Source of the DNA: Geosiphon pyriformis uo1
Lineage: Eukaryota; Fungi; Glomeromycota
DNA: 64,000 nt
Assembly (NCBI GenBank): GCA_016748015.1
Contig: JAAOMT010000086.1
Location: forward strand, 12,983 to 76,982
Direction: 5' to 3'
The notes under the pieces: model-generated
Told to the model about the DNA's origin: nothing
Seen by the model: only the letters and a program-made list of their open reading frames with translations
Databases searched by the model: none
Translations under genes and position numbers: made by a program
Part shown: one piece after another, positions 13,298-26,774 of the stretch
How positions within the stretch are numbered: position 1 is the first letter of the stretch
How the letters are laid out: every line of letters starts with the position of its first letter

Positions 13298-13700
13298 TCT
13301 ACTTGATTTGAATCTATTGATTTTTCTGGTGATAAAACTTAACTTTTTGTAAGTAGTAACCAAAATTAATTGTGGTATTTTAATTAGGAACAGAAAGATA
13401 GCTTGGACTATTTTTTTATGTAATTCTATTTTGTAAGATTTATCTGAATTGTTCTGTAACATTGTAATAATGTTTCCCATGTAACTGGCATCAATAATTC
13501 CTCTTTTTACATTAATTCTCTTTTTTGCTAGACTGGATTAAGAGACAACTTGTACCATTGTACTAACTAGAATTTCTAGTGGTATTTTGAGATCTACTTT
13601 TACTAGGGAGTGTGAGGCTATAACTATGGGTAATTGTCCTGAGTATTATAAGTCAAAGCCAGCATTGGTCTTATGTGTTCTTTCAGAGCAAATTCTTTTA
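13298..13700 (-). pseudogene. dUTPase domain of element B
   Basis: NAGFDL, *SSLAKK, GIIDASYMG, IVQAIF, and a degenerate motif V. Confidence 0.88.
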
Positions 13701-16700
13701 TTATTATTGTTATACCATTTCAATTCTATTTCTTTGGAAAGATTAGGATATGCGAGATACTGTTCTGTTTTGGCAGCCTTAGATGGTTTTTGAAATGACA
13801 TGTCTTTGGTAATTAATTCCTCTTTTTTCTTAGGATCAGGTAGTTTAATGATTGGAAACAGTATTCTTGGAGACAGATTGAACATGAAATTACATTTATT
13901 ACAGTACTGGAAATAACAAAGAATTAAACAGTGATTGCACAGTTTAGTATTCAAGTCAGCTAATTTTTGCTCTTGTTCTTCTTAAGTTAAGGCCAATTCT
14001 TAGTATTGATCCTGAAATATGTTCAGATTATTAGTGAAAAAATCTTCAGTGATATAATCAGGTCCCTTATATTTAGGTACAAATAAATTTTTTTTGATTT
14101 TTTGTATTTCATTGAATGTGGTTTCTTCAGTCTTGGCACTTGCTATTCTCCTTATTTCATGCTCATTATGTAAATAGTCATCTAATTTATTTAGTGCTTA
14201 TCACCAGATGGCCTTAATTGGAATTCTTTTTTATACCTAATCATTGATTAAGATGGTGTATTGTCATGCTTTATTACATATTTTTTCTCTGCCAAGCACA
14301 TTATTTTAGAACTTTTTATTTAGCAAGATTCTGCCATAGGCAAGACATAGTGTATTGTTCTATTTGTTTTGTTATTTCAGTCTTCTAAATCTTTCCAATA
14401 CACATAGTCTACAATAATATTTTGTCACAGTTGGCCATTTTTCATTATTTCTTATACATACACTCATAAAGGTTAACTTCTTTCCACAATTGACACAAAT
14501 TAGCTTTGGAGGTTGATAAAATAGATTTTGTTAACTTAAAGCTAAATAACCTAATAGTAATGCTAAAGGTTCTTCTTCAGCTCTTTTTTTTTTTTTCCAG
14601 ATTGGTAGTAGTGATAACTCCATTGGGAAATCATCTGCCCAAGAAACTTGGTATGTCTTTATTGTTAGTGATAAAGTTGTTTCTTTGAATTTTATTAGTG
14701 GTGGCTCTAAACTCTGGACTTTAAAGTGTCTACATATAGTCAGAACTTGGGCATGTTATCTATTATAAGTAATCTGCAGTTTCTGTATATTCCAATCAAG
14801 GATAGCATAGGCTTTGGCTAACCAGTTATTTCTAATAAAGGCTTAATATTGTGTTGCTTTCATGACCAGAACTTTAGTAGAAATTTGGATTCCATTAATC
14901 TTAAAGAAGAAATTATCAATTTCTTCAATGGAAGTCTTGGTATTGTTATCTGTGGTGATGATTCAGGCAGTTGCTGTACAGTCTACTCATTAACTTAATT
15001 AGTCTATAAGTTGTTTTGTGATTATACTATCTGCTGATTTGTTATTGAGGATTAATTTAATGTCTATGTTTCTAACTTTAATATCAATGTATAGTGTCAT
15101 TATGGATTTATTCTGGTTAATGGTGGTTCTACTAAAAAGACTAGAAGTATTCAGATTATTTACATTAAAAGAGAAGATAGTGGCAAAGATAGTGTCTTCT
15201 GTAATAATGGTAAGTAGGATGGTATTGTGGTTTTGCTTTTAATTCGAAGAATTGGGAATTTTTTCTATTTCTTTTCTTTCTAAAGGTATAGAGCTATTAA
15301 AATTCTGGATTTCATTAAAACCAAGATAGAAGGCTTGATTCGGATATCCAGATAGTATAGGCCAAGATGGGACATAACCATAATTGATGAATCATGCTGG
15401 TATGCTATTTGTTTGCATCTGATTGTTGCTGGAGTTCCTCCATCCTTGGTTGTAATCTATTGCATGAGGTTTAAGTTGGTTATAATTGGAGTTTTGATAA
15501 TGAGATACTGCTTAAGCTATTGGCTGTAATGGCTAATAATAGTTTTAAGGTGGTTGCTAGTTATATGTAAATGGTTGTGAGTATAAAAGCAGTAGATATT
15601 GGGGTCTTCTGGTCTGAGAATATTTTGGTTGTTGATATTGATTTTTTCAATTCTGGTTTACTAATTTCTGTTGACAATCCTGGACAATATGTCTAGGTTT
15701 CTGGCAATAATAACAATTATAGAGATCAGTTTTCCAAGGTTGTTAGTGGTCCTATTGCTGTGAATATCTGCTGCTGTTATAATTTTTTCTCCTTTGGGAT
15801 GGTTGATAGGTTTCTGTTGTACCAGCTAAGAATCCCTCAATTTTTTGAGTTAATTTTTTACTTAATTGAGTTATTTTTGCATCCATGTTGAAGATTTTGT
15901 TGATGGCTAAGTTAATAGCTTTAGTATGACTTGAAATTGTGCATCAGGGTGACAGCATCTTGCAGATTTGTCAGATGTTGGAGTTTTACAGATCTTAGAA
16001 TATTACTTCTTAACCCCTTGATGAATTGTTTAAGAACTTGCATTATGGTATAGTAGTCCTTTTCAATGGTCTGTATTTGATAAAAAATTTGATTAAATTA
16101 TTCAAGATAAGTGGTTACTGCTTCATGATTTTTTTGTTTTATGATACTGAACTGATTTTGTAATCTGATTAGAGTATTAGAATTACAGAAGTATCATAAA
16201 AAGGCAAGCTTGAAAGTGGCAAAGTCAGTTGGCTTTTCTGTCAGACTTTGATACCACAAGTTTGCAGTTTCTGTTAGAAAAAATGGCAGCACTTAGATAG
16301 CTCTGTTATTATTCTAATTATTGGTGGTAATTGCTTTCTCAGCTTCTGCAATCCACAAATATGTATTGTTTTCTTTACTAGAAAATTTTTCCAATTTCGT
16401 GGTATCTTAGTAAGTCATGATCTGGTTAATAGGTAGAAGGTTTAAGAAAATTGATGTTTATATGTTAAAGAGTTTTTCTGGTGCTAGTTCTGATTGTTTT
16501 CCTTTGTCATTAGAACCAATAGGTTAAGAAATAGCTGTTTTTTTTATAGAAAAAGTTGCTGATCTTGCTAAGGTTTGTGCTGTTAGTAATTCTTAAATTG
16601 ACATATTTTCATCAGTTTTATGAATTTTAGGAATCAGATTTCTAAACAACAATCTGTATTTTTCTAGGAATTTGGTCCAACTGTGGTGCTCTCAAGGGTG

Positions 16701-17000
16701 TGGATTTCCAAGAGTTTGTGGTGTTTCTAACTGGATTTCTGGGGGTGGGTTGAATACAATTCTACTTTGGGATGTCTGATAGTATAATAGAGTTGTTAGG
16801 GAAAGAATTTTCAGTTTTTTGTTAACTGTAGACTTGGCTTGTTCCCTTCTAGTTGTTAGATTAAATCTGAACTTGTCTTTTCTAGAGTCTAATTTTCTGG
16901 TTTGGTTTACTTAAGAAAAACATTTTTCCATATAATTTTTAATGTCCATATCAACTATGCGAAAAGTTTCAGTAATGACTCATGTTATGGTGTTTGTTAA

Positions 17001-17989
17001 TGTTACTAGTAGAATTTTAGCTATTAATTAGCACGAAATTATCTTCATAATTCTTATTATTAAGTAGCATATTATTATTATTTCAATTATTACTTATTAA
17101 TTAGCCAAATTATCAAATATTATTACTTAACTAATAACTCGATTTGTACTATAAAAATTAAAATGATCAAATTATACAATACCCTGAACCATTTAATATA
17201 GTCAAAATTGGCCAAAATTAATGAAAAATTGGCCGAAATAATTAATAATTTGTAGAAATAACTTGTAGTTCACCAAAATATATCTTAAGTTTAGTAAAAT
17301 TAGAGCAAAAAGAAAAGTGCAAGTTCAAAGACTAGTATTACAACAAGTTATATAAAAAAAGAGCTTCTCTTTTCAAGAAAATGTATTTTTTCATATCTTT
17401 TTATATCTTCTCATAGTATCTTAACATAATATCTTACTTTAGATATCTTAATTAAAACAAATTACTTTTTACATATTTCAAATAAAAATTAAATATTCGA
17501 AAACAAATCCTTAAAATTATTACACTTGAAATTCCCTTAACACAACTAATGTTTTGAAATTAATTAGCTACCAATTTCAATAATCTGTTAATGACTCTAG
17601 ACTTGGATAGAAAACGTTTTTTTTGACACAATTTTATTTCTTTTATATTTTGTTATTTTTCTTTTCTTTCTTATTATAATCATTTGGATAGTTTATGGAT
17701 GAAATTCCTATAGAAGAGTTGACTTTCACAGTAAAGTAACTACACATTTTTAGTAAGCTTCCAGACAAACAATTCCTGGGAAAGAGTTGACATTTTACTA
17801 CAATGTAACTACATAAAATAACTGGCAAGAAATTGGCTATTCCACTTATAAGCCCAGTGGTTCAAATTATAGAAGATAATTTAAATATAAATTCAGTTAC
17901 AAAAGGTCCAATTACTTCCTAAGAACATGAATTCATAGCAAATCAACATTAATAACATTCAAAAAAAGAAACTAAAACCTCCAGTAACA
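17001..17989 (+). repeat. 5' LTR of element C
   Basis: TGTTACTAG...CCAGTAACA; direct repeat of 26775-27733, roughly 85% identical by eye. Confidence 0.95.
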
Positions 17990-18002
17990 TTTGGTGCTCT
18001 CT
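17990..18002 (+). promoter_or_regulatory. Primer-binding site of C (TGGTGCTC...)
   Basis: TGG-initiated motif 2 nt after the LTR end. Related TGGTGCTT motifs follow the LTRs at 29592 and 42076. Cognate tRNA not determined. Confidence 0.8.
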
Positions 18003-18087
18003 TACAGAAACAACACAGCAAAAACAATTTCAAAGTGGTGACTACACCAGACACAACAACTCTAGAGTATTATCAGTCAATCTACGC

Positions 18088-18951
18088 TGTTACTCATAAA
18101 ATATAGGAAGTATATTAACATATAAATTAGCCAATCAGAAGGAGACATAGTAAATGTGAAATTCCAGAATTTCTCTCAGAAGAATTACAGAATTCCAGGA
18201 ATTCCAAGATTCCTGGTGTGAAAAATTAAGGAATTGAGGAATCTCAATTATATATATATAGCAGTAGTATCAGAAGCTAGAAAATGAGTCAAATAGACTC
18301 CCAAAGTCAATTAGACTTAAAGTTAAAAAGACTGAGAGTCAGTCAGACTCTCAGAGTCAATTAGACTCGCAGGTCATAATTATTAAATACCCTTCCTTCA
18401 AAAGATAGAATACTATAACTTGAAGTGAAATCACTCTCATATTAATAAAATTATCCATTATCTTCAAATCCATGTTATTATCCACTACTTAATCTGCTGG
18501 CACAATAGCTCTTGATCATGGCTATTAACAGGACACTTATTTCTTATTTTATTTTCTTTATTTCGTTATTTTCTTTATTTTTCTTTATTTTATTTTCTTT
18601 TGTTGTTTACTAATTGATTAAAAAAATTAAGCACTGAGTTATTGATGTCAAGAATAGTCTGGTAAAAGACCCAGAAATAAGGATAGAATTATATATATTA
18701 ACAAATAGTTTACCAGAAAAGCACGACTGCCAGAATAAATCCGGCTGCCAAGCTGAGAAAGAAATTGGGCATAATTGCGACTCCAGGAAAACTACTACCA
18801 TCACCATTGAATCTCTGTCCATTATACAAAGAACTCAACCAAAATCTTTAGATAACAATACCTTCAGATATTACCAATAACATTATATCAATTGAGCACC
18901 AAGTTACAGGTTTGTTATTTGATTTGAAACCCCAAATAATCATCTGTAACA
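18088..18951 (+). mobile_element. Solo LTR (element-F family) inserted in gag of C
   Basis: TGTTAC...GTAACA with 4-bp TSD ACGC/ATGC. Removing it restores EYYQSIYAHCKQRF. Homologous to 28450-28795, 41900-42073 and 44763-45320. Confidence 0.92.
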
Positions 18952-21900
18952 ATGCACACTGCAAGCAAAGATTCAACATTCAAGACGGAATTGAAATTTT
19001 CAAGAAATTACTATACCAATATATTGAAAATTACATCAACAACTATTTTTTTGGAAACTATAATATTTCAGAAGTCAGAAACAACTTCTACAATAATTTA
19101 GTATACTATTTACAATTGGGAACAGATAACCTGAGCAGTAAAACACTTGTTACCTACTTCCAAGAATTTAATTTTAACATTATTAAGTATTGTGAAGGAA
19201 AATACCCAGTACAGTCCAAATACTTTTTTGACTTTGAATTAGAAACAGAAACATCTACCAAAGGCAAACAAAAAGTGAAACAATACTTAAGAACCACTCC
19301 AAACACTCCAATACTACCAAAAACAACTGCCAAACATTTGCAAACACCTGAACAAGAAACCAGTGTCAAATTACCACTTTCTATTACACTATTTCTAATT
19401 TTACTTATTCAATTACAAATACCAAATTCACCACTTAACCATTTCTCCAGACCAGAAGATTATTAGTTATTTAGAAATCCTACTCAATAGCAGAAACCCA
19501 TATCAACAAGCACCAATATTATTGATTACTTACAAAAAAACAAAAGTAATTATTCAGAAAACTTGGAAAGTGAAGAAACTGAATCAGAACAAGAAAACAA
19601 AGAAGAAATAGCAACTGCTTATATTGCAAAGATTCCAGAATTTACTGGTGAAGATAATGATACCAGCCCTTAAAAATGGCTTGACAAAGTTCAAAAAGCA
19701 GGAGATGCAAATGGTTGGAATACAGCAAAAATGCTCAAAGCAATCCCATACTTTCTCTAAGGAACTGTAAGAGAATGGTTTGAAAACTTAGAAGAACTAT
19801 TTAGAAATTGGCAAGCATTCAAAGATGCTTTTTTACAACAATTTACCAACAACAACACCTCTATCACTCTCTGCAATCACTTTTGCAATATCAAACAAGA
19901 AACATCTGAAACTGTTATGACTTATCTTAGGAGATTCAACAAACTTTTTTGATGAATTTAACAATTAGAAACCAATGAATACTATTCTGATGCCCAGATT
20001 TTGGATCAATTTATAATAGGATTAAAAGACAAATTGATTAAAAAAGTTTGTCCACATGCTCTAGCAGATTTAACAACAGCCATTAGACATACAAAGAACT
20101 ATAAAATGGCAATAGAAAAAACAAACCATACTAAACTTGTGAATCTTACTATTGAAGAAACCAGCTCAGCAGCTGAAAAAAAAATTGTTCAACTTACAAA
20201 GAAGATTGAAAACTATTTTACCAACTAGCAACAACAGCAACAACCACAAAGATATCAGCCACCACAATAACAAAACCAAACCAACTATTCATTATTATCA
20301 AATAATTAAAGCTAAAGTTGTCATTATTGTGGAATTCTAGGACATTGAAAACGAAATTGCAGAAAATTGTAAAGAGATCAACAAAACAGAAGTAATCAAC
20401 ATTACTCTCCATTACAACAAACTTATTACCAATTCCTACCACCAATTTATTGCCCACCAAAACCACAAAATCAAAACAATTACTATTAACCAGCTCCACA
20501 ACCAATATAGCAACAATATTAGCAATCTTTACCAATTCAGTAATATCAAACACCATCCACTTAACAATATCAAGTACCAGCCAGAAAATTGGTCCAACAA
20601 AACCAATTTACACCACAAAACCGTTTTTTAACAAACCACAAAAGATTTAATCCCAATAATCAACTAGTTTCCTGAAATTCTGTTCAACAAAGACCCATTC
20701 AGTTTCACACTTAACCCAGTTATTTAACAATACAAGAAAAATCAGATTTTCAACAAACTGCACTTTTTGAAGATGAAATTGTAGCACCAAAATCAAACTC
20801 TTTCAACAATACTATTCTATCAGCCCAAATTGCCCAAAATGCCAATTTTTCAGATATATTCCCATTCAAATTTGAAGCAAATGAATTACTATTCTTGCTT
20901 AGCAATGCAGCAGTCAATGAGCAAAAAGCTATCACTGCCATGTATACTAAAGCTACAGTAGAAAGAAAGCCTATTTGATTAATTCTAGACAATAGATCCA
21001 TTGGAAGTATTATCACCTACCAATTAATGCAATAACTCAATCAAAATGTCGACAGACCAGCCCAAACAGTAATTGTTACAGCAGATAGTATGCAAAAAAC
21101 ACCAATAGAAGAAATTAACAACTTTCCATTTACTATTGATGGAATTACTATTTCAGTTAAAGCTCTAGTCATAGATGTACCTCAATACCAAACTTTTGTT
21201 GGAAATGATTAGCTTCTTAAGGCCAATACAAACTTAGACTGGGAAACTCAGGAGCTAAAAATCTCATATCAAGAACATTACACCATAGTATCTGCTACTT
21301 GTGATACTTTTAACAAATGATCAGAAAAAGCCCCAGTATTCGAATTTGAGAAGAAGAAAAAAATGCCACTTACTGAGACCTACATGGCTCTTGGATCAAC
21401 ATCCAATTGGGCTGAGGAAACAGAATAAGAAATTTTTAAAAAATCAAGAAGATAGAAGAAAGTTAAGTATTTTACACCAGAACCACGAAAAGAACCATCA
21501 TACATTCTACTAAAATACAAAGATTGCAAAAAGAAGCTTTTATCTATGAGAGCCTATATTTCTTCAAAAGAAGAATATGAAACTTGCATTTGCTACTTCT
21601 GCAAAGCATGCCATAGAGAACAATTTGGATCCCCAAAAAGAAGTGGAAAATAAAACAACACACCTTGTCTCACATATAGAAATATGCTACTAGAAGAATG
21701 CAACTGGATTGATGCTGCAATGAGAGGAGAAGTATGTAATCAAACCTGTTAATATGCTCTATTAATTTCGAAAAAAGTCAGAAAAGAAACACTATTTAAT
21801 GCAGCATGCAACAGTGCTCTCAATAAATTTTACCACTATCTTTATGATGCTGAAATGATTTTTGACTTAGTAATGGCATTAATTAATAGAGCCACCCAAA

Positions 21901-22264
21901 AAAATATCTGCCAAATAAAAGAAGCTAAATACATTGAGTATACTATGAAATTAGCTGGATTTGATTATAAAAATGAAATAGAAACCTACCACCAAATTAC
22001 AAGTCATACATACCCAACCAAAGAAGCTTAAATTCAATGATTAAAGTAAATAAACATTCAATTATGTGAAGAATGTGTTATGTCTTGTGATGATCAATGG
22101 TGTTTAGAATGCTATGCTTTTAGCATTCCCCTGCCATACAAAAATGATAAAAATAAAATCGAATTTAAAGTATCTGAACTGGTAAAAAAACTACCAATCA
22201 CTCCTATCTATCTTCTTAAAAATCAACTATCTTTACAACTCAAATATTTTAACAACTATGGCCA

Positions 22265-22660
22265 AAGAATCAGATCAGAAAAAACACACGAGATTAATGC
22301 TAGATATGATCTAAGATACCCAGAAAAAAATACTTTCATTCTCTAACCAAAGTCTGACAAAAATCAATCTAAAAATCACTTTTAAAATTCCACCTAAAGC
22401 AATAGTTTAAATTGCATCTAGATCATTATTGGCAAGCAAAGAAATCAATGTTAGAGAAGGAATCATAAATGCAAAATATACTGGAAACATTATCATTATA
22501 TTGCAAAATGAAACAGACAAACCATTTAGGATTGAACATGCTGGAAAAATTGCCCAAGCAATTTACCTATTCTTAATCAACATTTCGGGTTTACAATCAG
22601 TTAACAACAGAGAACAATTGGAAAAAAGTAAAAGAGGAATACAAGGTTTTGGTTTAACTG
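22265..22660 (+). pseudogene. dUTPase domain of element C
   Basis: NARYDLRY, SRSLLAS, GIINAKYTG, IAQAIY, RGIQGFGLT. Confidence 0.9.
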
Positions 22661-25600
22661 AACGATTTACAGTACCAGTAAACATAGCTCTCAATGTACA
22701 GATTAAATCTTACCAGATTCTTCAACTTCTCCAACCAATTACCATTTCACTTTTTGGAAAACATCAAAAAATTTACACTTGCTCAAAACCCACCACCATT
22801 CAACAAATCTTTGAATCCAATGAACATATTTGTTTAAAACATGAAATCTCAATCCCAAATGTTTATATTCCCAAAGGAATGAAAAAATTTTGAGTTATAT
22901 TCTACAATTTTAATAATTATCCTATTGTCTTATTGAACAAATTAGAGATTGGAATCATACACAGTAATATCTTTCAAGATAAAAACCCTCAAATTGTTTT
23001 TAATTTTATCGAAATTATAAAACATATATTACTTTCAAATCTGAACATTATTTCTACTACTGAAAACTACTACTTTTTGGAAGAAAAACTTTTTTAAATT
23101 AACATGGATCTCTTAGAACCCTAACAACAAAGACAATTGAAACAACTAATAGCTGAATATGCAGATATATTTGCAAAAAACAACAATGACTTTGGAAAAA
23201 CTGATATTGTTCAATATCAGATCCATACAGGAGATGCTTCACCAAAATGCCAATCAGCCTATCAAGTTCCACCTGCTAGCCACCAATTTATCAGAGAAGA
23301 GATCCAAAGAATGCTCAATAACGGATTGATTCAACCATCAAGAAGTTCTTAGGCCTCACCAGTAGTCCTTATTAAAAAAAAAAACAGAAAAATCAGATTC
23401 TGTGTAGATTATCATTAGCTTAACAGTGTAACAATTAGAAATGTCTACCCTCTTTCAAGAAGTAATAACGTGCTAGATGCCTTAGGAAAAGCCAAGTTCT
23501 TCTTAACTTTAAATTTGGAAAGTGGATACTGACAAGTCGAAATGGACCCAAAACAGCATTTACCACCCAAAGAGGGAACTATAAGTTCAATGTTATGCCT
23601 TTTGGACTCTCTAATACACCAGCAACATTCCAATAACTTATGGATGTTGTATATAAAAAACTCTTGTGGCAATTAGTAGTTGTTTATTTTGATGACACTA
23701 ATGTGTATTCCTCAAGCTTTAAAGCTTATTTCATTCATCTGCAAAAAATTTTTCAACAATTATAGAAAGCAGGATTAAAATTGAACATTGAGAAATATCA
23801 CTTTGGAAAAACAAGTTTAATTTTTTTTGAACATATTATTAGCAAAGATAGAGTCAAACCAAATTTTAGAACAATCAGTGCTGTCAAAAACTTTTAAACC
23901 TCCAAAAATACCACAGAACTATTAAAATTTGTAAGATTAACTTCTTACTATTAAAAATTCATAAAAAAATTTTCAAAAATTGCCAAACCACTTAATTATC
24001 TCATCAACAAAAACGTGTTATATTAATAGACTGAAGAACAACAAAAAGCTTTTGAAATCCTCAAAACAAAATTGACAACAGCCTCAGTTCTTGTTTATCC
24101 AGACTTTAACAAATGGTTCCAACTAGCCACTGATGTCTCACATATAGCATTTGGTGCCATTTTATCACAATTAAATAAAAATTGCCAAAAACAAATCATT
24201 GCCTATACCAGTAGAACACTTAAGCTAACAGAACTCAAATATGGCTCAACTGAATTAAAAGCTGCTACTGTCATTTGGACTATTAAACATTTTCAACAAT
24301 ATTTGAAAAATAAAAAAGAATTTAACATTATAACTGACAATATTGGCCTCAAATAGCTCAATAAAAAAAAACCAAACAAAGTACCAAACAGTCTTAATAG
24401 AATGATTTTCTAGCAGACTACAAATATATTGTATATTACAAACCAGAAAAACTACACATCAATGTTGATAGCCTCTCAAGAATAAGACAAAATTAACACT
24501 ATCAACAAACTCACTACAACTTACCAACTTACTAACAAAATAACAAAACAACAATAGATCCCAGAAATTACAACAATCTTAAAAACTATTTGAACACTTT
24601 TACCATACCAAAAAATTGGTCTCCAAGTAAAAAACATTAATTACAACACCAATTCAAACAATATTTCATACACCACAACAAAATCTATTACAAAAATTGC
24701 AGAAATCCAAACCAACTACTCAGATTAATACAGGAAAATGAAAATAAAACAATTCTATACAACATGCACACAGATTCTTCTTCAGCACACTTGAGAAGAA
24801 ATAGAACAATTCAAAGAACTCTTGAACATTATTTTTGGTCTCATATGCAAAAAGACATTCAACAATATATAGAATTTTGTGATAGTTGTTAAAGAAGAAG
24901 AGAAACTCGTCCCACAAAACCTTTAAATCCAATCAAAGTTGAACAATCTTTTGACAAAGTTAGAATTGATTTAATTAGACCATTACCTATTACAACCCAA
25001 GGAAATTGTTATATTGCAGTTGCAGTAGATTATCTCACCAAATGACCTGAAGTTAAAGCTATCCAAAAAGCAGATGCAAAATCAATAACAAATTTTATCT
25101 ATAAAGACATTATTTGTAAACATGAATGCCTAATTGAACTTTTATCTGATCAAGAAACACATTTTGTGAACAACTTGATACAAGAAATTTGTGAATGATT
25201 CAATGTCAAAAGATCTCTATCTTCACCCTATCACCCCTAAACAAATAGACTTATAGAACATTTCAACAAAACATTGTGTAAATCTTTAGCCAAAGTCTCA
25301 ACAAATTTTGAGCAAGAATAAGATATCTTTATTCCATTAGTGTTACTAGTATACAGAACACTAAAACAAAATACTACAAAACATATACCATTTGATCTTA
25401 CTTATGAAAAAACAGCAACATTACCAATTAATTTTACAGTGGAAACTTACCTAGTACAACCAATCAATAAAGAAATTTTTCAAGAAACATTCTAAAGAAG
25501 AGCTTATACTCTTCTTAGTATATTGGAGGGAAAGAGACACATAGCAGCCACTTATATTGAACACTTTCAAGCCCTATAAAAAGAAAAACATGACAACAAA

Positions 25601-26086
25601 CTGCCACCAATGACCAACAAATTTAAAGTTGGAAATAAAGTTCTCTTATACAAAATTAAGGCTGAAAAACAATGGAGTGGAAAATTTGAACATAAATAGG
25701 ATAAACCATTTTATATTCACGAAATTCTAGGCAATGGATTATAAAAATTAAGACTTGATGACAAAGTACTAGTAAAAGTTGCACATAGAGATTAATTAAA
25801 ACACTATCACTTCAAAAACAATCCTGAATTATTAATTCCACAAATTAATACACATTTTTCTTTAATTAATTCTGAAAATATTCCCCGAAATTTAGAACCA
25901 ATAATTATAATAGAACAACAACCAAACATGAACACTTAATTTAACAGAATTTTACAATAATTTTTTTAATAACACAAAAACAAAAATAGTAAAAAAATTA
26001 CAAAAAACACCCAAACCCAAAAACAAATAAAACCCCATATCTAAAAATAATTTTCTTTATTCTTTTTATTAATTAACTATTTTATT

Positions 26087-26764
26087 ATGATTATTCCCCA
26101 AAATATTCAACAAATATCTCAAAAATTAATATTAACTTTGAAAACACTTTCTGACTTATTCATAATAATTAATGGAAGTCAAATTAATTACATTCAGAAA
26201 GAAACCACAGCCCCAGTAGCAAATAATTCTCAGAATTATCACTCCTATAAAAAAAAAACAAGAAGTTACTCTGGAAATCAATTACCAGAACTTTTGAAGC
26301 AAGCACTAAAAGAAAACTTTTTATTTGCTCCTATTGACAGTCCATCAAATATCACAATACAACAGAAACTTTTACTATTCCTTAATAAACAGAACAATAA
26401 ACATACTCTTATATATAGATATTTTCATATTGGAAAAACATTTTATGAACAAAAACTGGAACTTGAAACAACCAACATCACTCTTAAGACTATATAAAAA
26501 CAAATTCACAATAAATTCAAAACAGCAGCTAGACCAACAAATATTCGCTACAAACTTAGAGCAGCATTTAGACTCTATGATTTATTCAATACTTGTGAAA
26601 ACGTCCTACAAAACCCAATACTCTACACAATAAAGATTCAATATATTAGAAAGCTCACAGAACTGAAATTTCAACAATTTTCAGACCAAATCATTTCAAT
26701 TATTTTGGATTACTATCTTGACATTACAGATAGTGTTTGGACTTTGACAGAACTTAATTTTAAG
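26087..26764 (+). pseudogene. ORF3 (unknown, ~225 aa) of element C
   Basis: ORF 26087..26497 continues in the same frame past one TAA (KQIHNKF...RAAFRLYDLFNTCENVL...ELNF*) to the PPT. Confidence 0.78.
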
Positions 26765-26774
26765 AAGAAGATTA

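Larger units (their letters stand above)
8900..17000 (-). mobile_element. Ty3/Gypsy element B (main part; interrupted by C at 17001)
   Basis: gag ~15670-17000 (CYYCQKPRHIVQDC), PR ~14760-15100, Cys-rich ~13880-14510, dUTPase, RT ~11950-12800 (YLDD intact), RH ~11500-11900, IN ~10190-11300, ORF3, PPT, 3' LTR. Confidence 0.92.

Noticed and set aside
16997-17000. Exact TSD for element C
   Set aside because: Flanks TTAA and CTGC match at only one position, so the 4-bp TSD is inferred from reading frame alone.
25620-25940. Integrase chromodomain
   Set aside because: The tail ends soon after the GPY/F-like motif, with no chromodomain pattern in any copy.
26087-26764. env gene
   Set aside because: Position fits, but the ORF is short and I see no signal peptide, fusion peptide or TM anchor.
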